Below, in pieces: positions 37,878 through 46,802 of a DNA stretch of 64,000 nucleotides. The notes beneath the pieces were generated by a model. It worked only from the letters and a program-made list of their open reading frames with translations. It was not told where the DNA came from and did no database searches. Position numbers and translations under genes: made by a program. The stretch is from an uncultured Gammaproteobacteria bacterium (lineage in GTDB: Bacteria; Patescibacteriota; Patescibacteriia; UBA10025; JAHIVO01), in NCBI GenBank assembly GCA_964592105.1, contig CAZQBL010000025.1, forward strand, positions 58 to 64,057, given 5' to 3'. Positions within the stretch are counted from its first letter, which is position 1, and the number at the start of each line of letters is the position of its first letter.

Positions 37878-38399
37878 TCATTGATCACCATGCCAAAAAA
37901 ATTACACCTCGAACCGCCAGCACCTCTGTCCAATTATCTAAAAAAATCTTGCCGAGTTTTATCCGGACGCCTCAATCATTTATCCAGTTAATTGCCAATC
38001 AATCGTCGGGCCGCATAACAATTATGCTTTAATTGATTTTAGCCAAAATCATCGGGGGGCTTCGCGCTGTATGATATTGGCGCGTTTCTGGCCCACCTCG
38101 GTTTGGTTCTAGTACTATATTACACAACCATACAGATAAAAAAGCTTAAAAAAAATTTATCAACCTATTTCCGCGCCAATCACGGGATAAAAAATACCAA
38201 AAAGTTACAACGAACAATCAGTCTGTTCCGGGTGAAAGCGGTTCTGGATTTTCTGAAATTCACCCTCAAGATAAACCGCCACTCAAATTCCACATTAAAA
38301 CGAACTAGACAACGGTTCCAAGTGGTTATTAATAATACGTTGCAGCTCGCCGAATCAAAAAATCCAATAGTCTATAATATAAATAGTGAAAGCGTTAAT

Positions 38400-39872
38400 A
38401 TGAAAAAAATAAAAGTTCTTTTTACTGCCGCGGAGCTGAATCCGATGGCCAAAGTCGGGGGGCTGGCTGACGTCGTGGGCGCCTTGCCAAAGGCTCTGAA
38501 GAAACTCGGAATTGACGTGCGAATCGTTATCCCTAAATACGGATCAATTGATGCTGAAAAATATAGTCTGAAAAAAATAGCTGACGGCATTGAAATTCCG
38601 TTCAAACACTCCACAGAAAAAATAGGGCTATTTGAAACCCTTCTCCCAAACAGTCAGGTTCCGGTTTATTGTATCGACAATTATAACTACCTGGGGCAGG
38701 GCGGGGTATATTTTGAGGCGAACGGCTCTTCAACCACCTTAAGTCGCGAAGCCAAACGGTTTACCTTTTTCTCGCGGGCCTGCCTAGAGATATTCGCACC
38801 TCTCAACTGGTACCCGGATATCATTCACTGCCACGACTGGCACGTCGGACTGGTGCCGCTGTTATTAAAAATCCAAACCAAAAAAAACCCGCGTCTTCAA
38901 AATATAAAAACAGTTATATCGATTCATAATCTCGAATATCAGGGCAGATATAACGCCCAGCAAATCATGGATTTAGTGGGCATTCATTCGGATGATTATC
39001 CCACCTTATCGGTTTTGCATGACGGCGACCTGATCAGTCTGCAGCAGGCTATCATAATCAGTGATTATATCAGCACGGTCAGTCCGTCTTACGCTGCAGA
39101 GATACTTACTCCGGAGTACGGCGCGGGACTGAATATTGATCTGGCCAAACGCAAAAACCGGCTTATTGGTATTTTAAACGGCATTGATGTTGATCGCTTC
39201 AATCCTGCCACTGATCGGGACATTAGCGCCACTTTTACAGCTCACGATACCACCGGAAAGAAAATCTGCAAAACCACCCTGCAAAAAACCTGCGGGTTTC
39301 CCACAAACAAAAAAATCCCCCTCCTGGGCCTTGTCTCCCGTTTAGCCGAGCAAAAAGGACTTGAGCTGGTGGCTGAGATTGCCGATGATCTAACCAAAAT
39401 GGGCGTCCAATTGGTCCTGCTCGGTACCGGACTACCATCGCTTGAGGCGCTGATGAAAAAAATGGCAGACAACCACCCCAAAACTATCCATTGTAAAATT
39501 GCTTTCGATGCCAAATTCGCTCAACAAATATATGCCGGCGCTGATATGTTTTTAATGCCTTCAAAATTCGAGCCGTGCGGTCTGGGACAAATGATAGCAA
39601 TGCGCTATGGCACGGTCCCAGTGGTGCGGGCTACCGGCGGACTCAAAGATACTGTAATTGACTATAACCCGGCCACTAACCAGGGCACCGGTTTTGTCTT
39701 CACCGGCTATACTTCCCGAGAGTTGCTGGTGGCCATTGAGCGCGCTCTAAGTCTTTATCAAGAGCCAAAAAAATGGCATACTATAGTCAGTCGAATTATG
39801 TGTGAAGATTTTTCCTGGCGCAGTTCCGCAGAAAAATATCAAAAGCTATATAATAATATAATAAACTTTTAG
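38400..39872 (+). CDS. glgA: glycogen (starch) synthase, GT5, second copy
   Basis: MKKIKVLFTAAELNPMAKVGGLADVVGALPKAL; C-terminal E.CGLGQM...YGTVPVVRATGGLKDT. Start set at ATG 38400; the long N-terminal extension in the ORF track has no similarity. Confidence 0.85.
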   Translation: MKKIKVLFTAAELNPMAKVGGLADVVGALPKALKKLGIDVRIVIPKYGSIDAEKYSLKKIADGIEIPFKHSTEKIGLFETLLPNSQVPVYCIDNYNYLGQGGVYFEANGSSTTLSREAKRFTFFSRACLEIFAPLNWYPDIIHCHDWHVGLVPLLLKIQTKKNPRLQNIKTVISIHNLEYQGRYNAQQIMDLVGIHSDDYPTLSVLHDGDLISLQQAIIISDYISTVSPSYAAEILTPEYGAGLNIDLAKRKNRLIGILNGIDVDRFNPATDRDISATFTAHDTTGKKICKTTLQKTCGFPTNKKIPLLGLVSRLAEQKGLELVAEIADDLTKMGVQLVLLGTGLPSLEALMKKMADNHPKTIHCKIAFDAKFAQQIYAGADMFLMPSKFEPCGLGQMIAMRYGTVPVVRATGGLKDTVIDYNPATNQGTGFVFTGYTSRELLVAIERALSLYQEPKKWHTIVSRIMCEDFSWRSSAEKYQKLYNNIINF

Positions 39873-39879
39873 AAGAATA

Positions 39880-40821
39880 ATGATAAAAATCCCAAAAATA
39901 AAAAGCGAGATCAGAATCGACGAAATCCACGACCGTTTCGTTATCGTCGCCCCCAAGCGTCTACAGCGACCACACGACGTAGCGACACATCATGAAATTC
40001 CGATAAAATCCAAAGATTGTCCTTTTTGCCAGGAAACGAAAATGATGTCGCAGCCAGCCCTATACCAGGTCGGTCCGGAACAATGGTGGGAAATCAAAGT
40101 AATTAAAAACATCTTTCCAGTAGTCAGCCTGACCACGCCCAAAACCTACGGCACGCAGGAGGTGGTTATTGAAACGCCACATCACAATAAAGAATTCGCG
40201 GAATTCAGCGAAGGACATATTGTCAGGTTGCTCAAGGCTTATGCCGCCCGCACCAAAGACATCGCTCAAGACAAAAAAATCAAGTACATCCTCGTTTTCA
40301 AAAATCACGGTGGTACGGCTGGCGCCTCTCTAGTTCATGCTCACTCGCAAATTTTTGCGGCTGGTTTTTTGCCACCGCACATAATCGATAAGCTAGCTGC
40401 CGCCCGAAAATACCGCATCAAAAACGGTATTTGCTACTACTGTCATCTGGTGCAAAAAGAAATGCACGGCCCCCGAAAAATCGGCGGCGACAAATTTATG
40501 ACCGCCTTTACTCCCTGGGCCTCCTCCTACAACTATGAGGCTTGGATAATCCCCCGGCGGCATATTGACAACATCACTCAGCTGGACGACAATGAGCTCA
40601 AATCACTGGCCAAATTCATGAAATTGATCATTAAAAGGCTCAACACCCTGCAGCTGCCATATAATTTCTACCTTCACCAAGCCGTAACGGAAAAGGACGA
40701 ACACCTATACCTGCGCATCTGCCCGCGGCGCGACATCTGGGCCGGCATCGAAATGGGCTCACGCCTGATAATTAATACCGTGGCTCCGGAAGCGGCGGCG
40801 AAATTCTATCGGGGAAAGTAA
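39880..40821 (+). CDS. galT: galactose-1-phosphate uridylyltransferase-like (GalT/HIT branch III) nucleotidyltransferase
   Basis: APKRLQRP, CPFCQE zinc site, ILVFKNHGGTAGASLVHAHSQIFA (HxHxQ motif), second half-domain. Confidence 0.55.
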   Translation: MIKIPKIKSEIRIDEIHDRFVIVAPKRLQRPHDVATHHEIPIKSKDCPFCQETKMMSQPALYQVGPEQWWEIKVIKNIFPVVSLTTPKTYGTQEVVIETPHHNKEFAEFSEGHIVRLLKAYAARTKDIAQDKKIKYILVFKNHGGTAGASLVHAHSQIFAAGFLPPHIIDKLAAARKYRIKNGICYYCHLVQKEMHGPRKIGGDKFMTAFTPWASSYNYEAWIIPRRHIDNITQLDDNELKSLAKFMKLIIKRLNTLQLPYNFYLHQAVTEKDEHLYLRICPRRDIWAGIEMGSRLIINTVAPEAAAKFYRGK

Positions 40822-40838
40822 AATTAATCTAATTCAAA

Positions 40839-40868
40839 CGGGCGCACCATGCTTGCGCCTGTTTTCTT
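40839..40868 (+). terminator. rho-independent terminator after the GalT-like gene
   Basis: cGGGCGCA-ccatgct-TGCGCCtG followed by TTTTCTT. Confidence 0.6.
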
Positions 40869-40924
40869 ACTTGATTTTATCCCTATTTTATGGGAACATA
40901 AATTCACTAAACTTGGCTAACATT

Positions 40925-41416
40925 ATGCGCCTAGAACTCACCCTCGGAATAATCGTTACTGTTATTATCATTTTTCTCGTTGGTTATTATTTGAGCACTT
41001 ATAACCATAACCAAGAATTGCTCAACAACTCCGCCACATCATTGTCGACCAACTCAACAAACCTGAACACCAACGCCAATTTAATCATCCTAAATCCCCA
41101 GATCGTTGCTCTACACAATCGCGCTTCAGATTGCTGGCTCGTCATCAATAATAAAGTTTACGACGTCACAAAGTTTCTGAGCCAACATCCTGGCGGCAGC
41201 GAAATTATCGTACCCTACTGCGGTGGGGAAGCCAGTACTGCTTTTAACACTCAGGGTGGACGCGGCTCACATTCTGGAATGGCCGTCCAGAATTTAAACA
41301 GCTTATTTATTGGTAATCTGAACGGTGCAATCTCGGCCGACTCGCTTCAGCAGACCAGACCAACGGGCGCCCCAACCAACCTTAATCCCTCCCAAGGAGA
41401 ATTCGAAGATGATTAA
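40925..41416 (+). CDS. cytochrome b5-like heme-binding domain protein, N-terminal TM anchor and S/N/T-rich linker
   Basis: HNRASDCWLVINNKVYDVTKFLSQHPGGSEIIVPYCGGEAST is the Cyt-b5 HPGG motif. Start moved to ATG 40925 because the ORF-track start lies in the terminator loop. Confidence 0.55.
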   Translation: MRLELTLGIIVTVIIIFLVGYYLSTYNHNQELLNNSATSLSTNSTNLNTNANLIILNPQIVALHNRASDCWLVINNKVYDVTKFLSQHPGGSEIIVPYCGGEASTAFNTQGGRGSHSGMAVQNLNSLFIGNLNGAISADSLQQTRPTGAPTNLNPSQGEFEDD

Positions 41417-41699
41417 AATTTATCTATTCATGAAAAAAATTCACCGAATCCTCGTCTTGATTATAATTACCCTGGGCCTATTTATGATAGCTACTGGCAC
41501 CCTATTAAAATTTTCAGCTTTTAGCACGAAATATTTTTCTTTTTTTGACCTGGGGCTGATCAGATACCTCCACAATCAAATTAGTATTTACTTCTCCATT
41601 ATCCTCCTGCTTATGATTTTTTCCGGTAGCTGGATGTACGTATATTCCTGGCTCAAGGGGCGTAACAAAAATCAACCCCCGCAGGACAAAACCTCCTAG
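41409..41699 (+). CDS. small hypothetical membrane protein (2-3 TM helices)
   Basis: Hydrophobic profile only; overlaps the cyt-b5 gene end by 8 nt. Confidence 0.3.
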   Translation: MIKIYLFMKKIHRILVLIIITLGLFMIATGTLLKFSAFSTKYFSFFDLGLIRYLHNQISIYFSIILLLMIFSGSWMYVYSWLKGRNKNQPPQDKTS

Positions 41700-41814
41700 C
41701 GCATGCCTTTCGTAAATATTTCAGAAATATTACAAAATTCAGGAAAATTGCTGAGTATTAAATAAATATCTTAAAGAATTCGCCCATGTTGCGCTCTTTT
41801 ATTACCATCCAACT

Positions 41815-43335
41815 CTATTCGGCTGGGGCGACTTCCTTCTCCAATAATGGTTTGGACACAGGCTCGATTCCACCACCGGCCTGATTATCATAAAATTCCT
41901 TAACCAGCGGTATAACGATGTTTTTCTGCCAATACTGTTCGCCCTCGGGCACTTTAACTATTGGAAAAACATAGGCTGGGACCAGATATTCTTGATAACC
42001 ATCAGTATCCAACCTGGGAAGAGAAACAAACTGCACACTCGGATCGCCAAGACTTAATTCTACAGTCTTTTCCGCATTGGGATATGAATAATTGGCATAT
42101 ACTCCCCCTTGTTCAACCATACTCTTAATCTGGGCGACCTCCTGAATAGTTTTATACGACGAACTTTCATAATGTTGTACTGCTAGCCCCGTAACATTAC
42201 TAACTTTGTTCTGCCGCAAATTTACATCCACATATAAACCGCTGGGGCTGCCGTCAATTGTATATACCAATCTGTCACCGATACGCAACGGGTAAAAAAC
42301 CTGAATTATCTCAGGTATATAACCAGCCAAGCCAAATTTCAGCGTCTCCGCTGTTCCTCGCCACTGGTTTTGAACCTGTGCCTGCCCATAATTATCTAGG
42401 CCTACCCCATGCTCTATTAAAAAGTCGTTGGCCAGTTTAATTAAAGCATCGTCGTCAGGGATATCTGCCTCGGTTAACTGTTCTGTGGCGCAATTAGCCG
42501 GATCAACGCAAGACCCTACGCTTCCATCGTTTGAATACCACTGATTCCACAATTCGCTTATAGCGATGGTGCCCATGTCAAAATTCACATCCAGCTGATA
42601 GCCGTGATCCGAATCTTGGACCAGGCTCACTGATTGAATCTTCAAGCCGGAAAATGTACCAATATCCGCCAAGCCCTGACCCAAAAATCCGGCCAGGTTT
42701 GTTGTTTCCAATTTGACCGCCTGGCCGGTCAAGCGCTTTAGAACGTCCAGTCTTTCCGCGGGTGGAGTTATGTTACCAGAATAAACAAATTTATAATTAA
42801 CACCACCGATCATATCTACATCGGACTGGGATTCTACATCCCCAGCACTCGGAGCCGAGGTTAAGGTTTTAGCTCCGCCCACGCCTAGGCCGCCACTACT
42901 GACTCCGCCTCGCCCGCTGCTCTGAATTAGTTCCTGGCTGGGCAAAACACCAAAAGCATTAGCCGAAAGCTTTTCAATGGTCAACCCGGCGGGCGAAACT
43001 TGGGTGGCCGGCTTCGAGTCAAGCTGATTCAAATAAACAGCCAAACCGGCCACAATTAGGGCGACACCGCCCAGAGAGAAAACCAAACCTCGGACCGACC
43101 ACAGCCGACTCAAAGAAAATCCTCTGGCATCTTCTTGCGGCCAAGGCCGGGAAGATGATGCCAGTCGAAGAATTTCCGCGCGCAACTCTTTTTTGAACGC
43201 TTCGTTAATCTCGGCCGGTGGTCGGTCGGCCACCAATTTCAAAATTATTTTTTTCAATTCCCGCTCCCGGACGGCCAAATCAGGCTGGAGGACATAAAGT
43301 TCCTGAAGGATTTTTTTTATTTCTTGCTCGTTCAT
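41815..43335 (-). CDS. putative anti-sigma factor: short cytoplasmic N-domain, one TM helix, ~400-aa extracytoplasmic domain
   Basis: Immediately downstream of the ECF sigma gene. TM VFSLGGVALIVAGLAVYL; no family recognised for the ectodomain. Confidence 0.4.
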   Translation of the reverse strand: MNEQEIKKILQELYVLQPDLAVRERELKKIILKLVADRPPAEINEAFKKELRAEILRLASSSRPWPQEDARGFSLSRLWSVRGLVFSLGGVALIVAGLAVYLNQLDSKPATQVSPAGLTIEKLSANAFGVLPSQELIQSSGRGGVSSGGLGVGGAKTLTSAPSAGDVESQSDVDMIGGVNYKFVYSGNITPPAERLDVLKRLTGQAVKLETTNLAGFLGQGLADIGTFSGLKIQSVSLVQDSDHGYQLDVNFDMGTIAISELWNQWYSNDGSVGSCVDPANCATEQLTEADIPDDDALIKLANDFLIEHGVGLDNYGQAQVQNQWRGTAETLKFGLAGYIPEIIQVFYPLRIGDRLVYTIDGSPSGLYVDVNLRQNKVSNVTGLAVQHYESSSYKTIQEVAQIKSMVEQGGVYANYSYPNAEKTVELSLGDPSVQFVSLPRLDTDGYQEYLVPAYVFPIVKVPEGEQYWQKNIVIPLVKEFYDNQAGGGIEPVSKPLLEKEVAPAE

Positions 43336-43340
43336 ATTTT

Positions 43341-43925
43341 TTAGAATAAATTATTAATTAATAATATGATGCCGGCCATGACATAGGCCAGCTCCTCGCG
43401 AAGTCTGGCCATGGCTCGCACAAAAGACATCTTACAACTGGCCACTGATTTTCCGGTTATGCTGGCGATTTCCTGATACGACAGCTCGTCCCACAGCCTC
43501 ATTATCACCACCTCACGATGTTCCGGCTTAATATTCCCCAGATATTCCCTAACTCTCTGAACATTTTGTCTGACGTCCAGGTCAACGGCTAAATCGCCGT
43601 CGTCAGACAAACCCCATATATCACTTATATCCTCAATATTTTTCTTGGTGCGATAATAATCAATTACCAAATTACGGGCGATACGGTAAAGCCAGGATGA
43701 AAATTTCCCACGAGAAGAGTTAAAAGAGCCGATTGCCTCCAGGGCTTTGAAAAAAGTCTGGCTGGTGAGATCCTCGGCGGTTTCCCGATGGGAAGTCTTG
43801 TAGTAGATGAATTTGTATATTTTATCGGCATAACGATCATACAAGACCGCAAATTCACTCATCTCGCCTTGTTGGCATTTTCTAATTATTTTTGTTTCAT
43901 CCATGGATTTAGCCTCATTACACAA
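43341..43925 (-). CDS. RNA polymerase sigma-70 factor, ECF subfamily
   Basis: Region 2 YDRYADKIYKFIYYKT...AEDLTSQTFFKA...WLYRIARNLVIDYYR and region 4 LSYQEIASITGKSVASCKM. A TGGTATAAT extended -10 lies upstream on the minus strand (~43957-43970). Confidence 0.8.
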   Translation of the reverse strand: MCNEAKSMDETKIIRKCQQGEMSEFAVLYDRYADKIYKFIYYKTSHRETAEDLTSQTFFKALEAIGSFNSSRGKFSSWLYRIARNLVIDYYRTKKNIEDISDIWGLSDDGDLAVDLDVRQNVQRVREYLGNIKPEHREVVIMRLWDELSYQEIASITGKSVASCKMSFVRAMARLREELAYVMAGIILLINNLF

Positions 43926-44056
43926 TTTATAACGATATCGACAAAAAAAGGTAACACTTTCTGCTCCGGTATTATACCATTTATTCGGGTTTTTTATTTA
44001 CTTGAAATGTGCTAAGATAAAAAAGTAATAAATTAATTCATTAATATATAAAAACT

Positions 44057-44560
44057 ATGTCTAATAAAAAAGCCCTCTTAGCACTGACTTTAGTGTTAGC
44101 CGCCAGCTTGGTTCTGAGCGGCTGCACCAAAAAAGCTGCGGAATCAGCGGCCGAAAAAGCCATTGAAAAAGCTACTAATAGCCAAGCTGACGTCGACATC
44201 GGCACTAACAGCATCAAGGTAAACACCAACACTGGCTCAATGCAGATCGGGGGTAACGTCGTCATGCCGGAAAATTTTCCCGACGATATCTATGTCATTG
44301 ATGGTACTCTTACCTATGCTTTAACTGCCTCGTCAGGAAAATCATATACGATTACCATAGAAACCAATAAATCAGTGAATGAAGTAAAAAACATATATGA
44401 AAATAAACTAGCCGAAGATGGCTGGACCATTAATGTCAATTCCATGGTTCAAGGCTCTCTCGGCCTCGGGGCACAGAAAAGCAACCGCTCGGTTACCATT
44501 ACCGCCTCGGAAATAGATAGCAAGACATCGGTGTCCATTATTACTTCTGAAAACGAGTGA
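44057..44560 (+). CDS. hypothetical lipoprotein
   Basis: Signal peptide with lipobox LVLSGC. Confidence 0.5.
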   Translation: MSNKKALLALTLVLAASLVLSGCTKKAAESAAEKAIEKATNSQADVDIGTNSIKVNTNTGSMQIGGNVVMPENFPDDIYVIDGTLTYALTASSGKSYTITIETNKSVNEVKNIYENKLAEDGWTINVNSMVQGSLGLGAQKSNRSVTITASEIDSKTSVSIITSENE

Positions 44561-44762
44561 ACGAATGACGCCTTGCTCTGGTCGCCAAAACCATTCCCTC
44601 AACCGAAAATAAAAATATAGGGATTAAAATGTTAATACCCGAGGAAAAAATATCTCGGAGTCAAATATTCCGCTGCAGACCTGACGTTGCTCAAACAAAA
44701 AATACCACTAACCATTACTGCCGAACGCGTGGATTTTAGCGGCGATCCCAACAAAATATTTT

Positions 44763-45200
44763 TTGACTCAACGCCCGTCGATACCCAAAATTCCTCGGCT
44801 AAAATTACCGCTTTTCTCAATAAGTAGGTTCACGGTGTCTGACTCGCCCTTCCAAAACACGCAGGTAAAAATGACTGAAGGCGGCGTTGAAGTTGCTGGC
44901 CAACTAAACATGTACGTCAAATCCCCGGCCTATGCTAAAATCATGATTAAGCGCGCCGGCACCAAAAGCGTCTCAATAAATGTGATATCGACTAAATTAG
45001 GAGTCTTCAATGTCCCGAAAAAATACTTACAACAAATCAACGACCGGGTCAACAAGAAAGCAAATGAACGCATAGCTGAAATGCCCGGGCTTTACAATGC
45101 TCAGCTAGATTACCGTGACGGCCATGACGTATTCAAAGGCGCCGTACCTGCCGAAGTAAAAAGCACAGCCAGCGGCTGGATAGATCTTTTACTAAAATAG
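44763..45200 (+). CDS. hypothetical protein (possibly the 3' part of a frameshifted gene starting ~44648)
   Basis: An adjacent open frame (44648-44826) abuts this ORF; no family recognised. Confidence 0.25.
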   Translation: MTQRPSIPKIPRLKLPLFSISRFTVSDSPFQNTQVKMTEGGVEVAGQLNMYVKSPAYAKIMIKRAGTKSVSINVISTKLGVFNVPKKYLQQINDRVNKKANERIAEMPGLYNAQLDYRDGHDVFKGAVPAEVKSTASGWIDLLLK

Positions 45201-45314
45201 CCGCCCCAAAACATAAAAAATGAAGCCAGATCCTTTTTATAAAGGTCCGGTCTTTTTAGCAAATGACTCCTGGTCGCGGCAACTGTATTTAGAGCTTGGT
45301 CCGTTTTTAACTCC

Positions 45315-45357
45315 CTGACGAATTTCCTTTTGCCCACCTTAAGCAGCGCCCCACTCT
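45315..45357. repeat. 43-bp exact direct repeat, copy 1 (a duplicate of the 3' terminus of tyrS)
   Basis: CTGACGAATTTCCTTTTGCCCACCTTAAGCAGCGCCCCACTCT is identical to 45545..45587, which encodes the last ~14 codons of tyrS (...LLKVGKRKFVR). Confidence 0.85.
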
Positions 45358-45531
45358 GGTCTCGTCCTTAAAGTTAATTCCGGTCGTTCTTTTATAAACA
45401 AAATATAACAAAAAAACTACAAAAATAATAATTGCAAAACCGACACCGACCGAAATACCCGCCCACTTCAATTACGCTCCCCGGTCAACCATGTTTGACC
45501 ATTTTTTAAAAAACTTCTCGCTACCGCAGTA

Positions 45532-46725
45532 TTATTTAATCAATCTGACGAATTTCCTTTTGCCCACCTTAAGCAGCGCCCCACTCTTTACCTCAACCTC
45601 CTGTCGCCAATTTTTAACAACCTCATTGTTGAAAACTACGCCACCCTGCTCCACCAGGCGACGCGCTTCGCTTTTTGACGGGGCGCATTTGGTTTCGGTA
45701 ATAATATCGAGGATAGAAAATCTGCCTTCTTTTTTCAGCTTATACTGAGGTATTTGACTGGGCGACCCCTTCTCACTAAAAACTTTGGCGAATTCCTTGT
45801 CGGCCCGCTCGGCCGCCTGTGACCCGTGATACATAGCCACAATCTCTTTGGCCAGTCTGCTTTTATAATTTTTGGGGTTGACGCCGCCACTTATGGCCCG
45901 TTCATACTGGGCAATCTCCTCAAGCGGCACATCCGTCAATAATTCGAAATATTTCATGATCAATCCGTCGTGGATAGACATTACCTTGCCATACATATCA
46001 TCAGGCGAATCGTTTATATTAATAGTATTACCAAGGCTTTTGCTCATTTTTTCTTTGCCATCGGTGCCTTCCAAAATTTTCACAGTCATAATGTCCTGAG
46101 GCTTTTGATTATAGCTGGGTTGCACCGTACGGGCCGTAAGCATATTAAAAGTTTGGTCGGTGCCCCCCAACTCGACATCAGACCGCAAGGCAACCGAATC
46201 ATAGCCCTGCAGCACCGGATAAATCAGTTCGTGAATCCAGACCGGTTTTTTCTGATTTAGTCGTTTTTGAAACATATCACGTTCCAACATTTGGTTGGCC
46301 GAAAAAAGGCTTAATAACTGAACAAGTTCGGCCAGGTCCATCTCGCCGTACCACTCCAGGTTGTAGCGCATTTCCACCTTGGACAAATCCAATATCTTGC
46401 TAACCTGCTCTTTATAGGTGGCTATGTTTTTTTCAATTTCTTTTTCCCCGAGCGGCTTGCGAGCTGCCCGCTTGTCGGTTGGGTCGCCCACTCGGGCGGT
46501 AAAATCACCTATTAAAAATATAACCTGATGGCCCAAGTCCTGAAATTGCTTCAGCTTGCGCAAAACGACCGTGTGACCAAGATGCAAAAGAGGGCTAGTC
46601 GGATCGATACCCAACTTCACCCGCAACTTTTGCCCGGACTTAAGCTTTGCCCCCAACTCTTCTTTAACGATAACCTCCTGGACGCCACGGTTTAATAATT
46701 CCTTAATTTTTGTAGATTTGTCCAT
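45532..46725 (-). CDS. tyrS: tyrosine--tRNA ligase
   Basis: HIGH motif (HLGH), KMSKS, C-terminal S4-like domain. Confidence 0.9.
   Translation of the reverse strand: MDKSTKIKELLNRGVQEVIVKEELGAKLKSGQKLRVKLGIDPTSPLLHLGHTVVLRKLKQFQDLGHQVIFLIGDFTARVGDPTDKRAARKPLGEKEIEKNIATYKEQVSKILDLSKVEMRYNLEWYGEMDLAELVQLLSLFSANQMLERDMFQKRLNQKKPVWIHELIYPVLQGYDSVALRSDVELGGTDQTFNMLTARTVQPSYNQKPQDIMTVKILEGTDGKEKMSKSLGNTININDSPDDMYGKVMSIHDGLIMKYFELLTDVPLEEIAQYERAISGGVNPKNYKSRLAKEIVAMYHGSQAAERADKEFAKVFSEKGSPSQIPQYKLKKEGRFSILDIITETKCAPSKSEARRLVEQGGVVFNNEVVKNWRQEVEVKSGALLKVGKRKFVRLIK
45545..45587. repeat. 43-bp exact direct repeat, copy 2 (inside the 3' end of tyrS)
   Basis: See copy 1. Confidence 0.85.
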
Positions 46726-46802
46726 ATAATCTAGTTCTTATCATTCTAATTATAGCCCTTTTTTGATATAATAAAAAGGTTAATTGAATTTTTATTTTAC
46801 TT

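Noticed and set aside
38103-38399. 99-aa N-terminal extension of the second glgA
   Set aside because: GlgA homology (MKKIKVLFTAAE...KVGGLADV) begins at ATG 38400. The extension is low-complexity with no similarity.
40853-40924. ORF-track start of the cytochrome b5 gene
   Set aside because: That ATG sits in the loop of the GalT terminator hairpin; the TM-anchored start at 40925 is more plausible.
45110-45337. 75-aa minus-strand ORF beginning MGKRKFVRE
   Set aside because: Its N-terminus is simply the duplicated tyrS 3'-end repeat read in frame; the rest has no similarity. It is likely a by-product of the duplication.
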